Source: Hyalangium minutum | Lineage (GTDB): Bacteria > Myxococcota > Myxococcia > Myxococcales > Myxococcaceae | Assembly: GCF_000737315.1 (NCBI RefSeq) | Contig: NZ_JMCB01000001.1 | Location: 248,001 to 312,000 of the forward strand | DNA: 64,000 nucleotides | Direction: 5' to 3' | Shown here: in pieces, positions 8,958 to 19,289 of the stretch | Position numbering within the stretch: the stretch's first letter is position 1 | How the letters are laid out: each line of letters starts with the position of its first letter | The notes under the pieces: model-generated | Database searches by the model: none | Seen by the model: only the letters and a program-made list of their open reading frames with translations | What the model was told of the DNA's origin: nothing | Position numbers and translations under genes: made by a program

Positions 8958-10030
8958 AGCCTCTGACCGTGCGAAGTCGATATCGCCTCAAGTTCATGCT
9001 GACCACGTTGGCATTCCTGACGGGGCTGGTGCTCGAATGGACACTCGTGTCGTGGCTGAAGGAGCTCGCACTGGTGGCGCTCGGCGTGCAGCTGAGCTCC
9101 TACGTCAGCCGGCTCATCGACCTGGTGGTCTCGCTCTTTCTCTTTGGCTTCCTCATGTCCTTCATCGGCCAGGCAGTCCGGCGGCAGCCGATGGAACTGC
9201 TCGCGATGCTGAGCGACGCCCTGAGCCGCATTGCCCGCGGGGACTTCTCCGTCAGCTTGCCGGTCGAGAAAGCAGGTGAGGCCATTCCAGAGAACAAGTT
9301 CCACCAACTCGCCACCAACCTCAACCAGATGGCCGAGTCCCTCAAGCGGATGGAAGAGATGCGCCAGGAGTTCATCTCGAACGTCTCCCACGAGATTCAG
9401 TCGCCCCTCACCTCCATCCAGGGGTTTGCCCAGGCCCTCAAGGGCGGCGGGCTGTCGGAGGAGGTTCGTCAGCAGTACCTCTCCACCATCGAGACCGAGA
9501 GCCGGCGGCTCTCGCGCTTGAGCGAGAACCTGCTGAGGCTGAGCTCCTTGGACTCCAAGGCCCACGCTCCCGCGCCGAAGCCCTACCGGCTGGACAGCCA
9601 GATCCGCCACGTCGTCCTCGCGGCCGAGCCCCAGTGGATGGCCAAGGGCCTCGACGTCGCCGCCGAGCTCGATGAGCTGGTCGTGTCCGCAGACGAGGAC
9701 ATGCTGAACCAAGTCTGGACCAATCTGGCCCACAACGCCGTCAAGTTCACTCCACCGGGCGGGCAGATCCGGATCGAGCTTCGGCGCACGGAGGGGCGAT
9801 TGCTCGTGCGGTTCTCCGACTCGGGGATTGGAATCTCGGCGGAGGACCTGCCCTTCGTCTTCGATCGCTTCTACAAGGCGGACAGGTCTCGCAGCCACAG
9901 CGATGCCTCCACGGGCAGCGGACTCGGGCTCGCCATCACCCAGAAGATCGTCGAGCTCCACGGTGGGCAAATCGAAGTCCGGAGCGAGGGCCTGGGCAGA
10001 GGCTCATGCTTTACGGTGACCCTCCCGTGA
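8954..10030 (+). CDS. HAMP-HisKA-HATPase sensor kinase (HssS-like)
   Basis: Two TM segments, HAMP, NVSHEIQSPLTSI, NAVKF, DSGIG, GSGLGL; ATGA overlap with the regulator. Confidence 0.95.
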   Translation: MKPLTVRSRYRLKFMLTTLAFLTGLVLEWTLVSWLKELALVALGVQLSSYVSRLIDLVVSLFLFGFLMSFIGQAVRRQPMELLAMLSDALSRIARGDFSVSLPVEKAGEAIPENKFHQLATNLNQMAESLKRMEEMRQEFISNVSHEIQSPLTSIQGFAQALKGGGLSEEVRQQYLSTIETESRRLSRLSENLLRLSSLDSKAHAPAPKPYRLDSQIRHVVLAAEPQWMAKGLDVAAELDELVVSADEDMLNQVWTNLAHNAVKFTPPGGQIRIELRRTEGRLLVRFSDSGIGISAEDLPFVFDRFYKADRSRSHSDASTGSGLGLAITQKIVELHGGQIEVRSEGLGRGSCFTVTLP

Positions 10031-10073
10031 CAGGCGGTGGGTCACCTTGTCTTCACGTAGACACAGCCATCCG

Positions 10074-11332
<1,259 letters not shown>

Positions 11333-11569
11333 CGTAGACAACCCACGGCAGCGGCGAATGCGGAAGCGACGAAGGAGCGCACGCCGCGACTGGATGGGGC
11401 TGGGCTGCTGCGCCGGACTTTCGCGCTGGGAGCGGTGCAGGGGATCCTCGCCAAGCAGGACAGTCCCCTGCTCGCCCCTGAGCTGAGCCGCTCTGACGCG
11501 GCGCAGCAAGCCCGAACGCGCCGCCGCGAACCGAAGCAACTCCCGCTCTCGGCTGGCGAGAATTGGAAT

Positions 11570-12604
11570 ATGAGAACCCAGTCCCACCGCCCCCTCCTCC
11601 ACGTCGGCTCCACCGGCAGCCGCGTTCAGAAGGTCGAAGAGCGCTTGGAGTCGCTCGGCTACCTCAAGAAGGGTGCCGCCGACGACCGCTTCGACGCCGG
11701 CACCGCCAAGGCGGTGGTCAATTACAAGCGCGACCACGGCTGGACCGGGCAGCCGCAGGGGGTCGTCGGCGAGCGGATGGCTCGCTCGCTGAAGCACACC
11801 GACGCCGCCCCCACCGCCAACACCCCCACCGCCAATACCAGCGCTGCCACCACCGCCGGCGGCAAGGGCAAGACCCCATCGACGCTCAAGGGCGCGACCT
11901 ACAACGTCGAGCGCGACCGCAACCCCCAGCAGGTGCAGAAGTGGCTGGGCGACTTCGCCAAGAAGAACAAGCTCGACTTCGTCCAGGTCCAGGAGATCAA
12001 CGGCTACCACAAGGCCCTGGAGAAGATCCCCGGCTACCACCTGGTGACCTTCCCCAAGGCCAAGGACCACGGCGAGTCGGGCATCCTCGTCAAGGACAGC
12101 CTTCTCGCCAAGCACGCCGCGTCCATCCAGGGCGAGGGCGGCGGTTGGACCACCGTGCGCGGCGGCCACGCCCCGCCGCGGGCGGCCGTTGCCGTCCAGC
12201 TCGCAGGCTGGCTGAAGGTGGTCTCGGCCCACCAGCCGCCCTCGGTCGACTGGAAGAACGGGCACCCCGTCGGGCCGGAGAACCGGGTGAAGACCTACGC
12301 GTCGCTCTCCGAGAAGCTGCTCGCCTTCGCGAAGCGGCAGATCAAGAACAACCCTGATCAGGCCCTGCTCATCGGCGGCGACTGGAACGAGCCGGCGTCG
12401 ACCCGGGGGAAGTGGTCGCCGAACTGGATCGCCCAGCAGGCCGGCATGACCACCCACGGCGGCGCGAAGACCCATGGCAACGCCAGCATCGACTGGGAGA
12501 TGTCCCACGGGTGCCGGGTCTCGAACATCAAGGCCGGCCCGACCGGCGGCTCGGATCACAACATCGTCACCTTCTCCGTGAGCCGCCCGAAGGGCAAGCG
12601 CTGA
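11570..12604 (+). CDS. Peptidoglycan-binding domain fused to an endonuclease/exonuclease/phosphatase (EEP) domain
   Basis: LLHVGSTGSRVQKVEERLESLGY...FDAGTAKAVVNYKRDHG (PG_binding_1-like); a Thr/Ala linker; then TYNV, VQE, SAH, GGDWN, SID, GSDH. Confidence 0.85.
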   Translation: MRTQSHRPLLHVGSTGSRVQKVEERLESLGYLKKGAADDRFDAGTAKAVVNYKRDHGWTGQPQGVVGERMARSLKHTDAAPTANTPTANTSAATTAGGKGKTPSTLKGATYNVERDRNPQQVQKWLGDFAKKNKLDFVQVQEINGYHKALEKIPGYHLVTFPKAKDHGESGILVKDSLLAKHAASIQGEGGGWTTVRGGHAPPRAAVAVQLAGWLKVVSAHQPPSVDWKNGHPVGPENRVKTYASLSEKLLAFAKRQIKNNPDQALLIGGDWNEPASTRGKWSPNWIAQQAGMTTHGGAKTHGNASIDWEMSHGCRVSNIKAGPTGGSDHNIVTFSVSRPKGKR

Positions 12605-12613
12605 ACCCGCTTC

Positions 12614-13450
12614 TCAGGCCTTCGCATCGAACCCGTCGGTCGAGACCGCGAGCGCACGCCATGCGGCGACCTCCTCAGCGACCTGCCGGTTTTTGGCCTC
12701 GATGCGCGCCAGCGTGTCACTGCCCAGGGGCAGCCTCAGGGGCGGGTTGGCGGCATCCGCCAGCGCCAGGAAGGCCTTGGCCAGCTTGGCCGGATTGCCA
12801 GGCTGCGCGTGGTTCAGCTCCCCTGCCACCGTTCGCGTGACTCCGGACGTGGCGGCGTAGTCGGCGATCGGCTGGGCCACCGAGAGCGACTGCCCGTCCA
12901 GGAAGTCCGTGCGGAAGAAACCGGGCTCCACGACGGTCGCCTTGATACCCAGGGGGGCCAGCTCGACGGCCAGGGCTTCCGTGAGGCCCTCCACCGCGAA
13001 CTTGGTGGCGCAGTAGACGCCCCAGCCGGCGTAAGCGCCGTAGCCTCCCACCGAGGAGACGTTGATCACGTGCCCCGAGCGCTGGCGGCGCATGTGCGGG
13101 AGCACCGCGCGGGTGACAGCCAGCAGTCCGAACACGTTGGTGGAGAACACGCTCTCGACCTCCTTCGCGCTGGCCTCCTCCACGGCGCTGAGCAGGCCGT
13201 AGCCCGCGTTGTTGACCAGGATGTCGATGCGGCCGAAGCGCTGGATGGCTGCCTCGACGGCCGCCTGGATCTGCTCCTCGCGGGTGACATCGAGCCGGAC
13301 GGCGAGCAGCCGCGGGTGGTCTCCGAACTTCGCCTGGAGGCCCTGCGGATCGCGGGCCGTGGCCACCACGGCGTCGCCCGCAGCGAGGACCTCGGCAGTA
13401 ATGAGGGCGCCAAAACCACGAGAAGCTCCAGTAATGAACCAGGTACGCAT
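12614..13450 (-). CDS. SDR family oxidoreductase
   Basis: MRTWFITGASRGFG, LVNNAGY, YCATKF; divergent from LysR. Confidence 0.95.
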   Translation of the reverse strand: MRTWFITGASRGFGALITAEVLAAGDAVVATARDPQGLQAKFGDHPRLLAVRLDVTREEQIQAAVEAAIQRFGRIDILVNNAGYGLLSAVEEASAKEVESVFSTNVFGLLAVTRAVLPHMRRQRSGHVINVSSVGGYGAYAGWGVYCATKFAVEGLTEALAVELAPLGIKATVVEPGFFRTDFLDGQSLSVAQPIADYAATSGVTRTVAGELNHAQPGNPAKLAKAFLALADAANPPLRLPLGSDTLARIEAKNRQVAEEVAAWRALAVSTDGFDAKA

Positions 13451-13573
13451 GATGAGACTTCCTTTCCAGAAGGCCGCCGGACGGGTTCGTCGGCTGGCAA
13501 AGGAAAGGTAGCGGGAGGCATCTGGTGAGTGAATCTCTTGAATCCTCAATGAGCTGATGAGTTCATCTCAGCA

Positions 13574-14479
13574 ATGAAGCGAATCGATCCCGCTGCCCTC
13601 TCCCCCTTCCTCGCCATCGCGACCCACCGCAGCTTCCGCAAGGCGGCGGTGGAACTGGGGGTATCGCCCTCCGCCCTGAGCCACTCGCTGCAGAGCATCG
13701 AGGAGCGCCTCGGGGTGCGACTGGTGAATCGCACCACCCGCAGCGTCGCCCTGACGGAGGCGGGCGAGCGCCTCTTCGCGCGCATCCGCCCGGCCTTTCG
13801 AGACATCAGCGATGCGCTCGAGGATCTGAACGTCTTCCGAGGCCAGCCGATGGGGACGTTGCGCATCAACGCGTCCCGGCAGTCGTCGCAGCTGGCGCTC
13901 ATGCCCGTCGTCACGCGATTTCTCCGGGCTTATCCGGACGTGCGAGTCGAGATGAGAGTGGACGACGCCCTGAGCGACATCGTCTCGGAGGGGTTCGATG
14001 CCGGAGTGCGCTTCGGCGAGAGCATCGCTGCGGACATGCTCGCGGTTCCGATTGGCCCGCGGCAGAGGTCCGCCGTCGTCGGGGCGCCGGAATACTTCTC
14101 GCGCCATGCCATGCCCAGGACGCCGCATGAACTGCGCGAGCTGCCCTGCATCCGCTTCCGCTTTCTCAGCGGAGTCCTCTACCGCTGGGAGTTCGAGCGG
14201 GACAGCGAAGAGGTGGTGATCGAAGTCGATGGTCCCCTGACCCTCAGTGAGCAGGGGCTCATGGTGGATGCTGCGCTGGCGGGGGTCGGCCTGGCGTATG
14301 TCTTCGAGGCGCAGGTGAGCACGCTGCTCGCACAGGGCCACCTGGTGAGGGCTCTCGAGGACTGGTGCCCCTCTTATCCCGGCTTCTTCCTCTACTACCC
14401 CAGTCGCCGTCAGATCCCGACGGCGCTGCGAGCCTTCGTTGATTTCGTGAAGGCCTCGGCATCATCGGGAGACAGTTGA
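13574..14479 (+). CDS. LysR family regulator (CrgA/PgrR-like)
   Basis: SFRKAAVELGVSPSALSHSLQSIEERLGVRLVNRTTRSVALTEAG; FDAGVRFG; LYYPSRRQ. Confidence 0.95.
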   Translation: MKRIDPAALSPFLAIATHRSFRKAAVELGVSPSALSHSLQSIEERLGVRLVNRTTRSVALTEAGERLFARIRPAFRDISDALEDLNVFRGQPMGTLRINASRQSSQLALMPVVTRFLRAYPDVRVEMRVDDALSDIVSEGFDAGVRFGESIAADMLAVPIGPRQRSAVVGAPEYFSRHAMPRTPHELRELPCIRFRFLSGVLYRWEFERDSEEVVIEVDGPLTLSEQGLMVDAALAGVGLAYVFEAQVSTLLAQGHLVRALEDWCPSYPGFFLYYPSRRQIPTALRAFVDFVKASASSGDS

Positions 14480-14499
14480 GCGGCAGTGCCTCCGTGTGG

Positions 14500-14925
14500 C
14501 TACCCCGCCTCCCCGTCGCGGCTGGCCAGGACCACGTAGTACCCGTCTGGATCCCGGAGCCACATCTCCCGGTGCTGGGGCGCCGGGTTCACGTGCGGCT
14601 CCTCGACCACCGTCGCTCGCAGCTTCCGCGCCCGCTCCACGGCCGCATCGAAGTCGTCCACCTCGAACCACAACAGGACGCCATGTCCAACAGGTGCTTT
14701 GTCCCTCCCCTTGAGGTTGGGGTGATCCTCGTCCTCCCAGCTATGGAGCTGGAGGATCAGCGTGTCCCCGCTCATCAGCCGGTCATAGAAGAGCCGGTGC
14801 GGATGATCTGGGTCCCCGGAGGACTCCACTCCCAGCAGGGCCTTGTACCAGGTGCTGCTGGCCTTCACGTCTCTCACCGCGATCAGCGGTTGAGCGCGCA
14901 CGGGTCCTTGTTTGGATTCAGCCAT
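14500..14925 (-). CDS. VOC/glyoxalase family protein
   Basis: IAVRDVKASSTWY...LWFEVDDFDAA...EMWLRDPDGY. Confidence 0.9.
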   Translation of the reverse strand: MAESKQGPVRAQPLIAVRDVKASSTWYKALLGVESSGDPDHPHRLFYDRLMSGDTLILQLHSWEDEDHPNLKGRDKAPVGHGVLLWFEVDDFDAAVERARKLRATVVEEPHVNPAPQHREMWLRDPDGYYVVLASRDGEAG

Positions 14926-15112
14926 ACACTCCTCGCTTGATGCCGCTCATCATGCGAGGACCGACGCGCCGCCGTCTTGAACGAAATTGACCCTTGAGGG
15001 GAACCGGCTCGCGTCCACTTCTGACGCCGTCAGAAGTCTGCAGCGGCTGCTTCCGCTTGGCCACCCAGCTTGGCCACCCAGCATGGCCGCGCCACCTTCG
15101 GGGCCCAAGGGG

Positions 15113-15200
15113 CTCGCCAACGACAGGCAGGGTCTGGAGCGGCTATGCCGCTACGGAGCACGCGGGGAGTTGGCGCTGGAGCGCTTGTCACGAGCGATCG
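15113..15200 (+). mobile_element. Short IS91-family transposase remnant
   Basis: In-frame peptide LANDRQGLERLCRYGARGELALERLSRA resembles the C-terminal part of IS91/ISCR-type transposases; no complete ORF surrounds it. Confidence 0.65.
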
Positions 15201-15283
15201 ATTCTCGAGCACCTCAGCTCTTCCATCCTTCCTATGCGCCTCACACACGTTCGGACGGACGGAACGTTCGTCGAGCCGGTCCC

Positions 15284-17245
15284 CTACTCCTCCGGGAAGC
15301 CGCTGCCGTCCACGGCCGGGGGGACGACATCCACGTCACTCGCCAGCACGTAGGCGAAGCGGTGGTTGAAGTTGACCTGGTAGTAGAGGAGCTGCCCGGG
15401 GACATCCCGCTTGTTGGAGCCCTCGACCTGGGGCGCGTAGGTGGGCGAGTAGTAGTAGTCGCCCTTGAGCGGCCCGATCGCCACGTAGCGCTGGCCGGCG
15501 GGGATGCTGTACGGAGTGAGCGGGATGAGCGCCTGGGGAGTGATGCCCGCCGGGTACGCCCCCGCCTCCGGGTACGCCCGGCCGTAGAGCGGGATGGACG
15601 TCTTGCCCGCCTTGGGCGTCACGAGCATGCCGAACCCTCTGCGCGTGTTGACGTGGCCCGGGCTGTAGAACCAGGCCTTCTGGCCGCTGAACCAGATTGC
15701 GTCCCAGTCGCCCTGGTGGCCGGCCAGGGCGTACTGCTGGCCGGCCGCCGCCTTGTTGGCCCAGTTGCTCGCCCGCGAGGGAGTGTCCGTGATGAAGGGA
15801 TTGGTGATCAGCGACGCGCTCGTGCTGGGCGCCGTGTACAGGTACACGAAGTTGGCCGACTGGGTGGGCACCGCCCGGCAGTCGGTCGAGGAGTAGCAGT
15901 ACGTCATCGCCGGGGTGTTGGTCTGAAAGTCCGGGGCGATCTTCACGATGCCGGGGTTCAGGGGCTCGCGCTGCTCCAGCTCCGCGCCGACCAGCTCCAT
16001 GTAGTGGTCCCAGTCCCAGAAGGGGCCCGGATCCCAGTGCTGCGAGGCCTGGTTGGTGGTCGACGTGCCCGGCACGTTGTCGTGGCCGACGATGTGCTCG
16101 CGATCGAGCGGCACGTTGAACCGCAGCGCCAGGTAGCGTGTCAGCCGAGCCGAGGAGATGTACAGCTGCTCGCTGTACCAAGCGGCTCCTTCGATAGCGA
16201 CGCCCTCATGCTCGATACCCACCGAGTGCGCGTTGACGTACCAGTTGCCGGCATGCCAGGCGACGTGCGCGTTGGGGATCATCTGCGCGACATGCCCGTC
16301 CGAGGCGCGCACCACATAGTGGGCACTGGCCTTGTACGTGGGGCTCTGGAAGACCGAGAGCGTGGAGGCGTAGCTGCCCTCGGTGTCGTGGATGACGATG
16401 TAGCGAATGTCGACCCCACCCTCCGGGCGCTTCGCCAGGTCATAGTTGCCGTAGTTCGAGGGGCTGGAGGAGTTCTGCGCGTACGCGGCGGGGATGAACT
16501 CGCAGGAGGCCCACAAGGGGCACTCGGTGGAGGGGTTCGAGGTGACGCGCAGCGCCAGCGTGGCAGCGGTGAGGGGGTTGGGGGTGATGCTGTCGGACCT
16601 GAGCGTCACCTGCTGCCCGTCGGACGTGGTGCGCACGGCTCCCTGCCGGACGGTGTCGTACACCGCGTCCGCGAACCCGAGCGCCGTGGATTGATCCGAG
16701 GAGCCGCTGTACAGGACGACGGCGCCGTACCAGTCCGCCGTGTTCCCAGGCACCCGGCCCAAGGTGTAGCGCGCGTACTGGGTCAAGAGAGCAGCGCCGC
16801 CGCGGATGTTCTGCGCGGGATCGCGCTTGAGCACCTCGGGCTCCACGCCCAGCAGCTGCGCCGCGGTGTCCAGGGTGTGGAAGCCCGGATCGTTCTCGTC
16901 GACCATGCTGTACCGATCGACGTCATCCCCCTTGAGCGAGCCAGGTTGGGGGCCGTCCACGTGCGTCAGGTGCATCGGTCCGTACCCACCTGACGTGCTG
17001 GGCGCTCCGGCGTGGTGCTCCCAGCGCGACACGTTGTACGAGACGGAGAGCAGCAGGCTCTCGGGCACACCGAACTCGCGGGAGGCGGCGGAGAAGGCCG
17101 TTTGGAGCGACGTGGGACCGGCCTCGGGAGCGAAGCCCTCGGCCCCGAGCGCTGGAAGCGAGAGCAGGGAGAGCGCAACGCCCGCCCATACCCCCGCGAG
17201 GGACCACCGCTGAGCACCACTCGGTTCGACTCGATTCGTGTTCAC
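15284..17245 (-). CDS. Secreted N-acetylmuramoyl-L-alanine amidase (Amidase_2) with N-terminal lysozyme-like domain
   Basis: Signal peptide; AASREFGVPESLLLSVSYNVSRW...GGYGPMHL...QNIRGGAALL (SLT-like); IVIHDTEG, AHYVV, AWHAGNW, IGIEHEG-like VGIEHEG, GHDNVP, HWDPGP. Confidence 0.92.
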   Translation of the reverse strand: MNTNRVEPSGAQRWSLAGVWAGVALSLLSLPALGAEGFAPEAGPTSLQTAFSAASREFGVPESLLLSVSYNVSRWEHHAGAPSTSGGYGPMHLTHVDGPQPGSLKGDDVDRYSMVDENDPGFHTLDTAAQLLGVEPEVLKRDPAQNIRGGAALLTQYARYTLGRVPGNTADWYGAVVLYSGSSDQSTALGFADAVYDTVRQGAVRTTSDGQQVTLRSDSITPNPLTAATLALRVTSNPSTECPLWASCEFIPAAYAQNSSSPSNYGNYDLAKRPEGGVDIRYIVIHDTEGSYASTLSVFQSPTYKASAHYVVRASDGHVAQMIPNAHVAWHAGNWYVNAHSVGIEHEGVAIEGAAWYSEQLYISSARLTRYLALRFNVPLDREHIVGHDNVPGTSTTNQASQHWDPGPFWDWDHYMELVGAELEQREPLNPGIVKIAPDFQTNTPAMTYCYSSTDCRAVPTQSANFVYLYTAPSTSASLITNPFITDTPSRASNWANKAAAGQQYALAGHQGDWDAIWFSGQKAWFYSPGHVNTRRGFGMLVTPKAGKTSIPLYGRAYPEAGAYPAGITPQALIPLTPYSIPAGQRYVAIGPLKGDYYYSPTYAPQVEGSNKRDVPGQLLYYQVNFNHRFAYVLASDVDVVPPAVDGSGFPEE

Positions 17246-17376
17246 GCCAGATTCCTTTGAGACGGCACGCGACGGCTCTTGCGCTATCGGCCCGCGTCCA
17301 CTTTCTACGAAAAACAGGAATCACTGGCAATTCGTGCGACTCGGGCACCGCAGCGCCCGAGCACTGACGCTTCACA

Positions 17377-18213
17377 TCAAGTGGGCGTGGTCGCCGTCAC
17401 CTGACGCATGCCCCACCGCAGGGGAATGCTCCCGCCCGCGCGGCGCAGCGGCTCCACGGCCCGGAGGAACGAAGCCTCCAGGGACGCCAGCGCCGCCGGA
17501 GACAGCCGGTCCACGTCATACGTCATGCGCAGCGCATCCCAGACGGCGCGCGGCTCACCGTCGCCCTGGATCGCGAGCGGATGCGTCCGAAGGTCCTCGA
17601 ACCCCGCGCCGCCCAGCAGCGCCTGGAGCCCCTCCACGGTGCGGACGCGCGCATCCCCCAGGGGCGCCGGGGGCACGGCCTCCGATGCCAGCAGCGGACG
17701 CAGCAGCCCCACGAACACCTCCATGGCATCGCCGCGCACCATGTCCCCATTGACGACGAAGGACACCGTGCCGCCGGGCCTCAACACGCGTCGCAGCTCC
17801 GCGAGGACGCGCTCCACGTCATCCATCAACATGAGCGCCAGGTGGCTCAGCACCACGTCCACGCTGCCGTCCGCGAGCGGCAGTTCCTGCGCCCGTCCCT
17901 GATGCAGCGTCGCCGCTCCCCTCAGCCGGACGCGCGCCGCATCGAGCTCATGCGCGCTCATGTCCAGCCCCACCAGCGACAGTCCCGGCTGTTGGCGTGC
18001 CGCGAGCAGCTCCAGCAGGTAGCCATCTCCGCACGCCACATCCAGCACGGTCAGCGGCCGGGCCTCGCGGGGCACCGCCGCTTCCAACAGCGCGTACGTC
18101 GAGGGAAACGTCCGCCCGTCCCGGAGCACGGGCGTGCGCGCGAAGCAGCGGGCGGTCACTCCCACGAGGCGCTGGTGGTAGTCGAGCAGGTACGACTCGG
18201 CGGAGGAGGGCAT
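17377..18213 (-). CDS. Class I SAM-dependent methyltransferase
   Basis: VLDVACGDG, GLDMS, LPLADGSVDVV, RVLRPGG. Confidence 0.92.
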   Translation of the reverse strand: MPSSAESYLLDYHQRLVGVTARCFARTPVLRDGRTFPSTYALLEAAVPREARPLTVLDVACGDGYLLELLAARQQPGLSLVGLDMSAHELDAARVRLRGAATLHQGRAQELPLADGSVDVVLSHLALMLMDDVERVLAELRRVLRPGGTVSFVVNGDMVRGDAMEVFVGLLRPLLASEAVPPAPLGDARVRTVEGLQALLGGAGFEDLRTHPLAIQGDGEPRAVWDALRMTYDVDRLSPAALASLEASFLRAVEPLRRAGGSIPLRWGMRQVTATTPT

Positions 18214-18297
18214 GGGAACCGTCAGCGTTTGGCCTTCTTCTGGCCCGCGTTGGTGGCCTTGGCGGTAAGGGCCAGCACGGAGTACAGGTTCATCGTC

Positions 18298-18738
18298 ATG
18301 ATGACCTCATCGAAGATCCTAGCGCTGATTTCCACTTTGGCTGCAAGCCGCCCCTTCGTGCTCGAAGAGGTGAACCGGCTCATGGCGACCTCTCTCAAGC
18401 CCGAGGTCTCTGTCTCCAATGAATACTTCACGGTCTACCGGGCGAGGGACACGGCGCAAGCGCCCCTCCAGAACGTCGAACTGCGCATGCCGACCTCCCG
18501 GTCCCACCGCAAGGATGGCTTGCTTCTGTTCGAGATCGCCCCATCCACGTGCGTGACCCAGGAGGAAGCACGGCACTCCTTTGGGCCTTCCCCTGCGCTC
18601 TCCTTTCCCACGCCTCACCAGCCCCCGGACTCCCCTATCTATCTGAACTACTCCCAGCCCTGGGGCAGCCTCCGTCTGGGCTTCTCGCGCAACGACAAGG
18701 CCTGCCTTGTCTCGGTGGTCCTCGACGCTGACAAGTAG
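18298..18738 (+). CDS. Hypothetical protein, possibly an orphan immunity-like protein
   Basis: 146-aa ORF with less GC-biased codons; C-terminus PIYLNYSQPWGSLRLGFSRNDKACLVSVVLD. Start uncertain; a hydrophobic stretch lies just upstream. Confidence 0.55.
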   Translation: MMTSSKILALISTLAASRPFVLEEVNRLMATSLKPEVSVSNEYFTVYRARDTAQAPLQNVELRMPTSRSHRKDGLLLFEIAPSTCVTQEEARHSFGPSPALSFPTPHQPPDSPIYLNYSQPWGSLRLGFSRNDKACLVSVVLDADK

Positions 18739-18767
18739 GGACTCCGTCTGCGTTGACCGTAGTGGCC

Positions 18768-19176
18768 TCACTTTGGCGGGGGCGTGTTGAGCAGTTGCTG
18801 CTCCCACGCGTAGCTGGTGCCCACCGAGCCCATGTGGTCGATGACCAGCTCGGCCAGCCCTTCCACCGTCACCGTCCGCGCCCAGTCGCGCTGCAGTTCC
18901 GAGGCGAAAACCCCCGTCGTCAGCGGCACCGCCCCCACATGCACCATCCGCTGAATCGCCACCTCGTGCGCTTCCACCGACACTCCTCCCGACGAGTCGG
19001 TGACGATGTAGACCGAGCGCCACCACGTTGTTGATGATGCTCTGTGTGTCGTGGCTGCGCAGGCCGGCAAACTGGAACGGCTGGTGGTCGATCAGGATCA
19101 GCACGCAGTTGTCCGGCGTCAGCAGCGCATCCAGGCCGGTCATCGGGTTGCGGGGAGGGCTCCTGGTGTTCTCCAA
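18768..19176 (-). pseudogene. YcaC/isochorismatase-like hydrolase with internal deletion and frameshift
   Basis: The N-terminus LLTPDNCVLILIDHQPFQFAGLRSHDTQSIINNVVAL is joined out of frame at 19013/19014 to the C-terminus VYIVTDSSGGVSVEAHEVAIQRMVHVGA...SELQRDWAR; the middle of the domain is missing. Confidence 0.85.
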
Positions 19177-19289
19177 GGACAGCAGGAAAGGGCACGGACA
19201 CCGCGGTCCGCGCCCGCGGGCTGTTGGAGACGATGATGGATGCCCGACGCTCCTCGCAGTAGAGGGCCTTCTCCAGCATCACTTTCAGC

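Noticed and set aside
14987-16993. 668-aa plus-strand ORF
   Set aside because: Antisense to the amidase; only the short IS91-like peptide near its start is meaningful.
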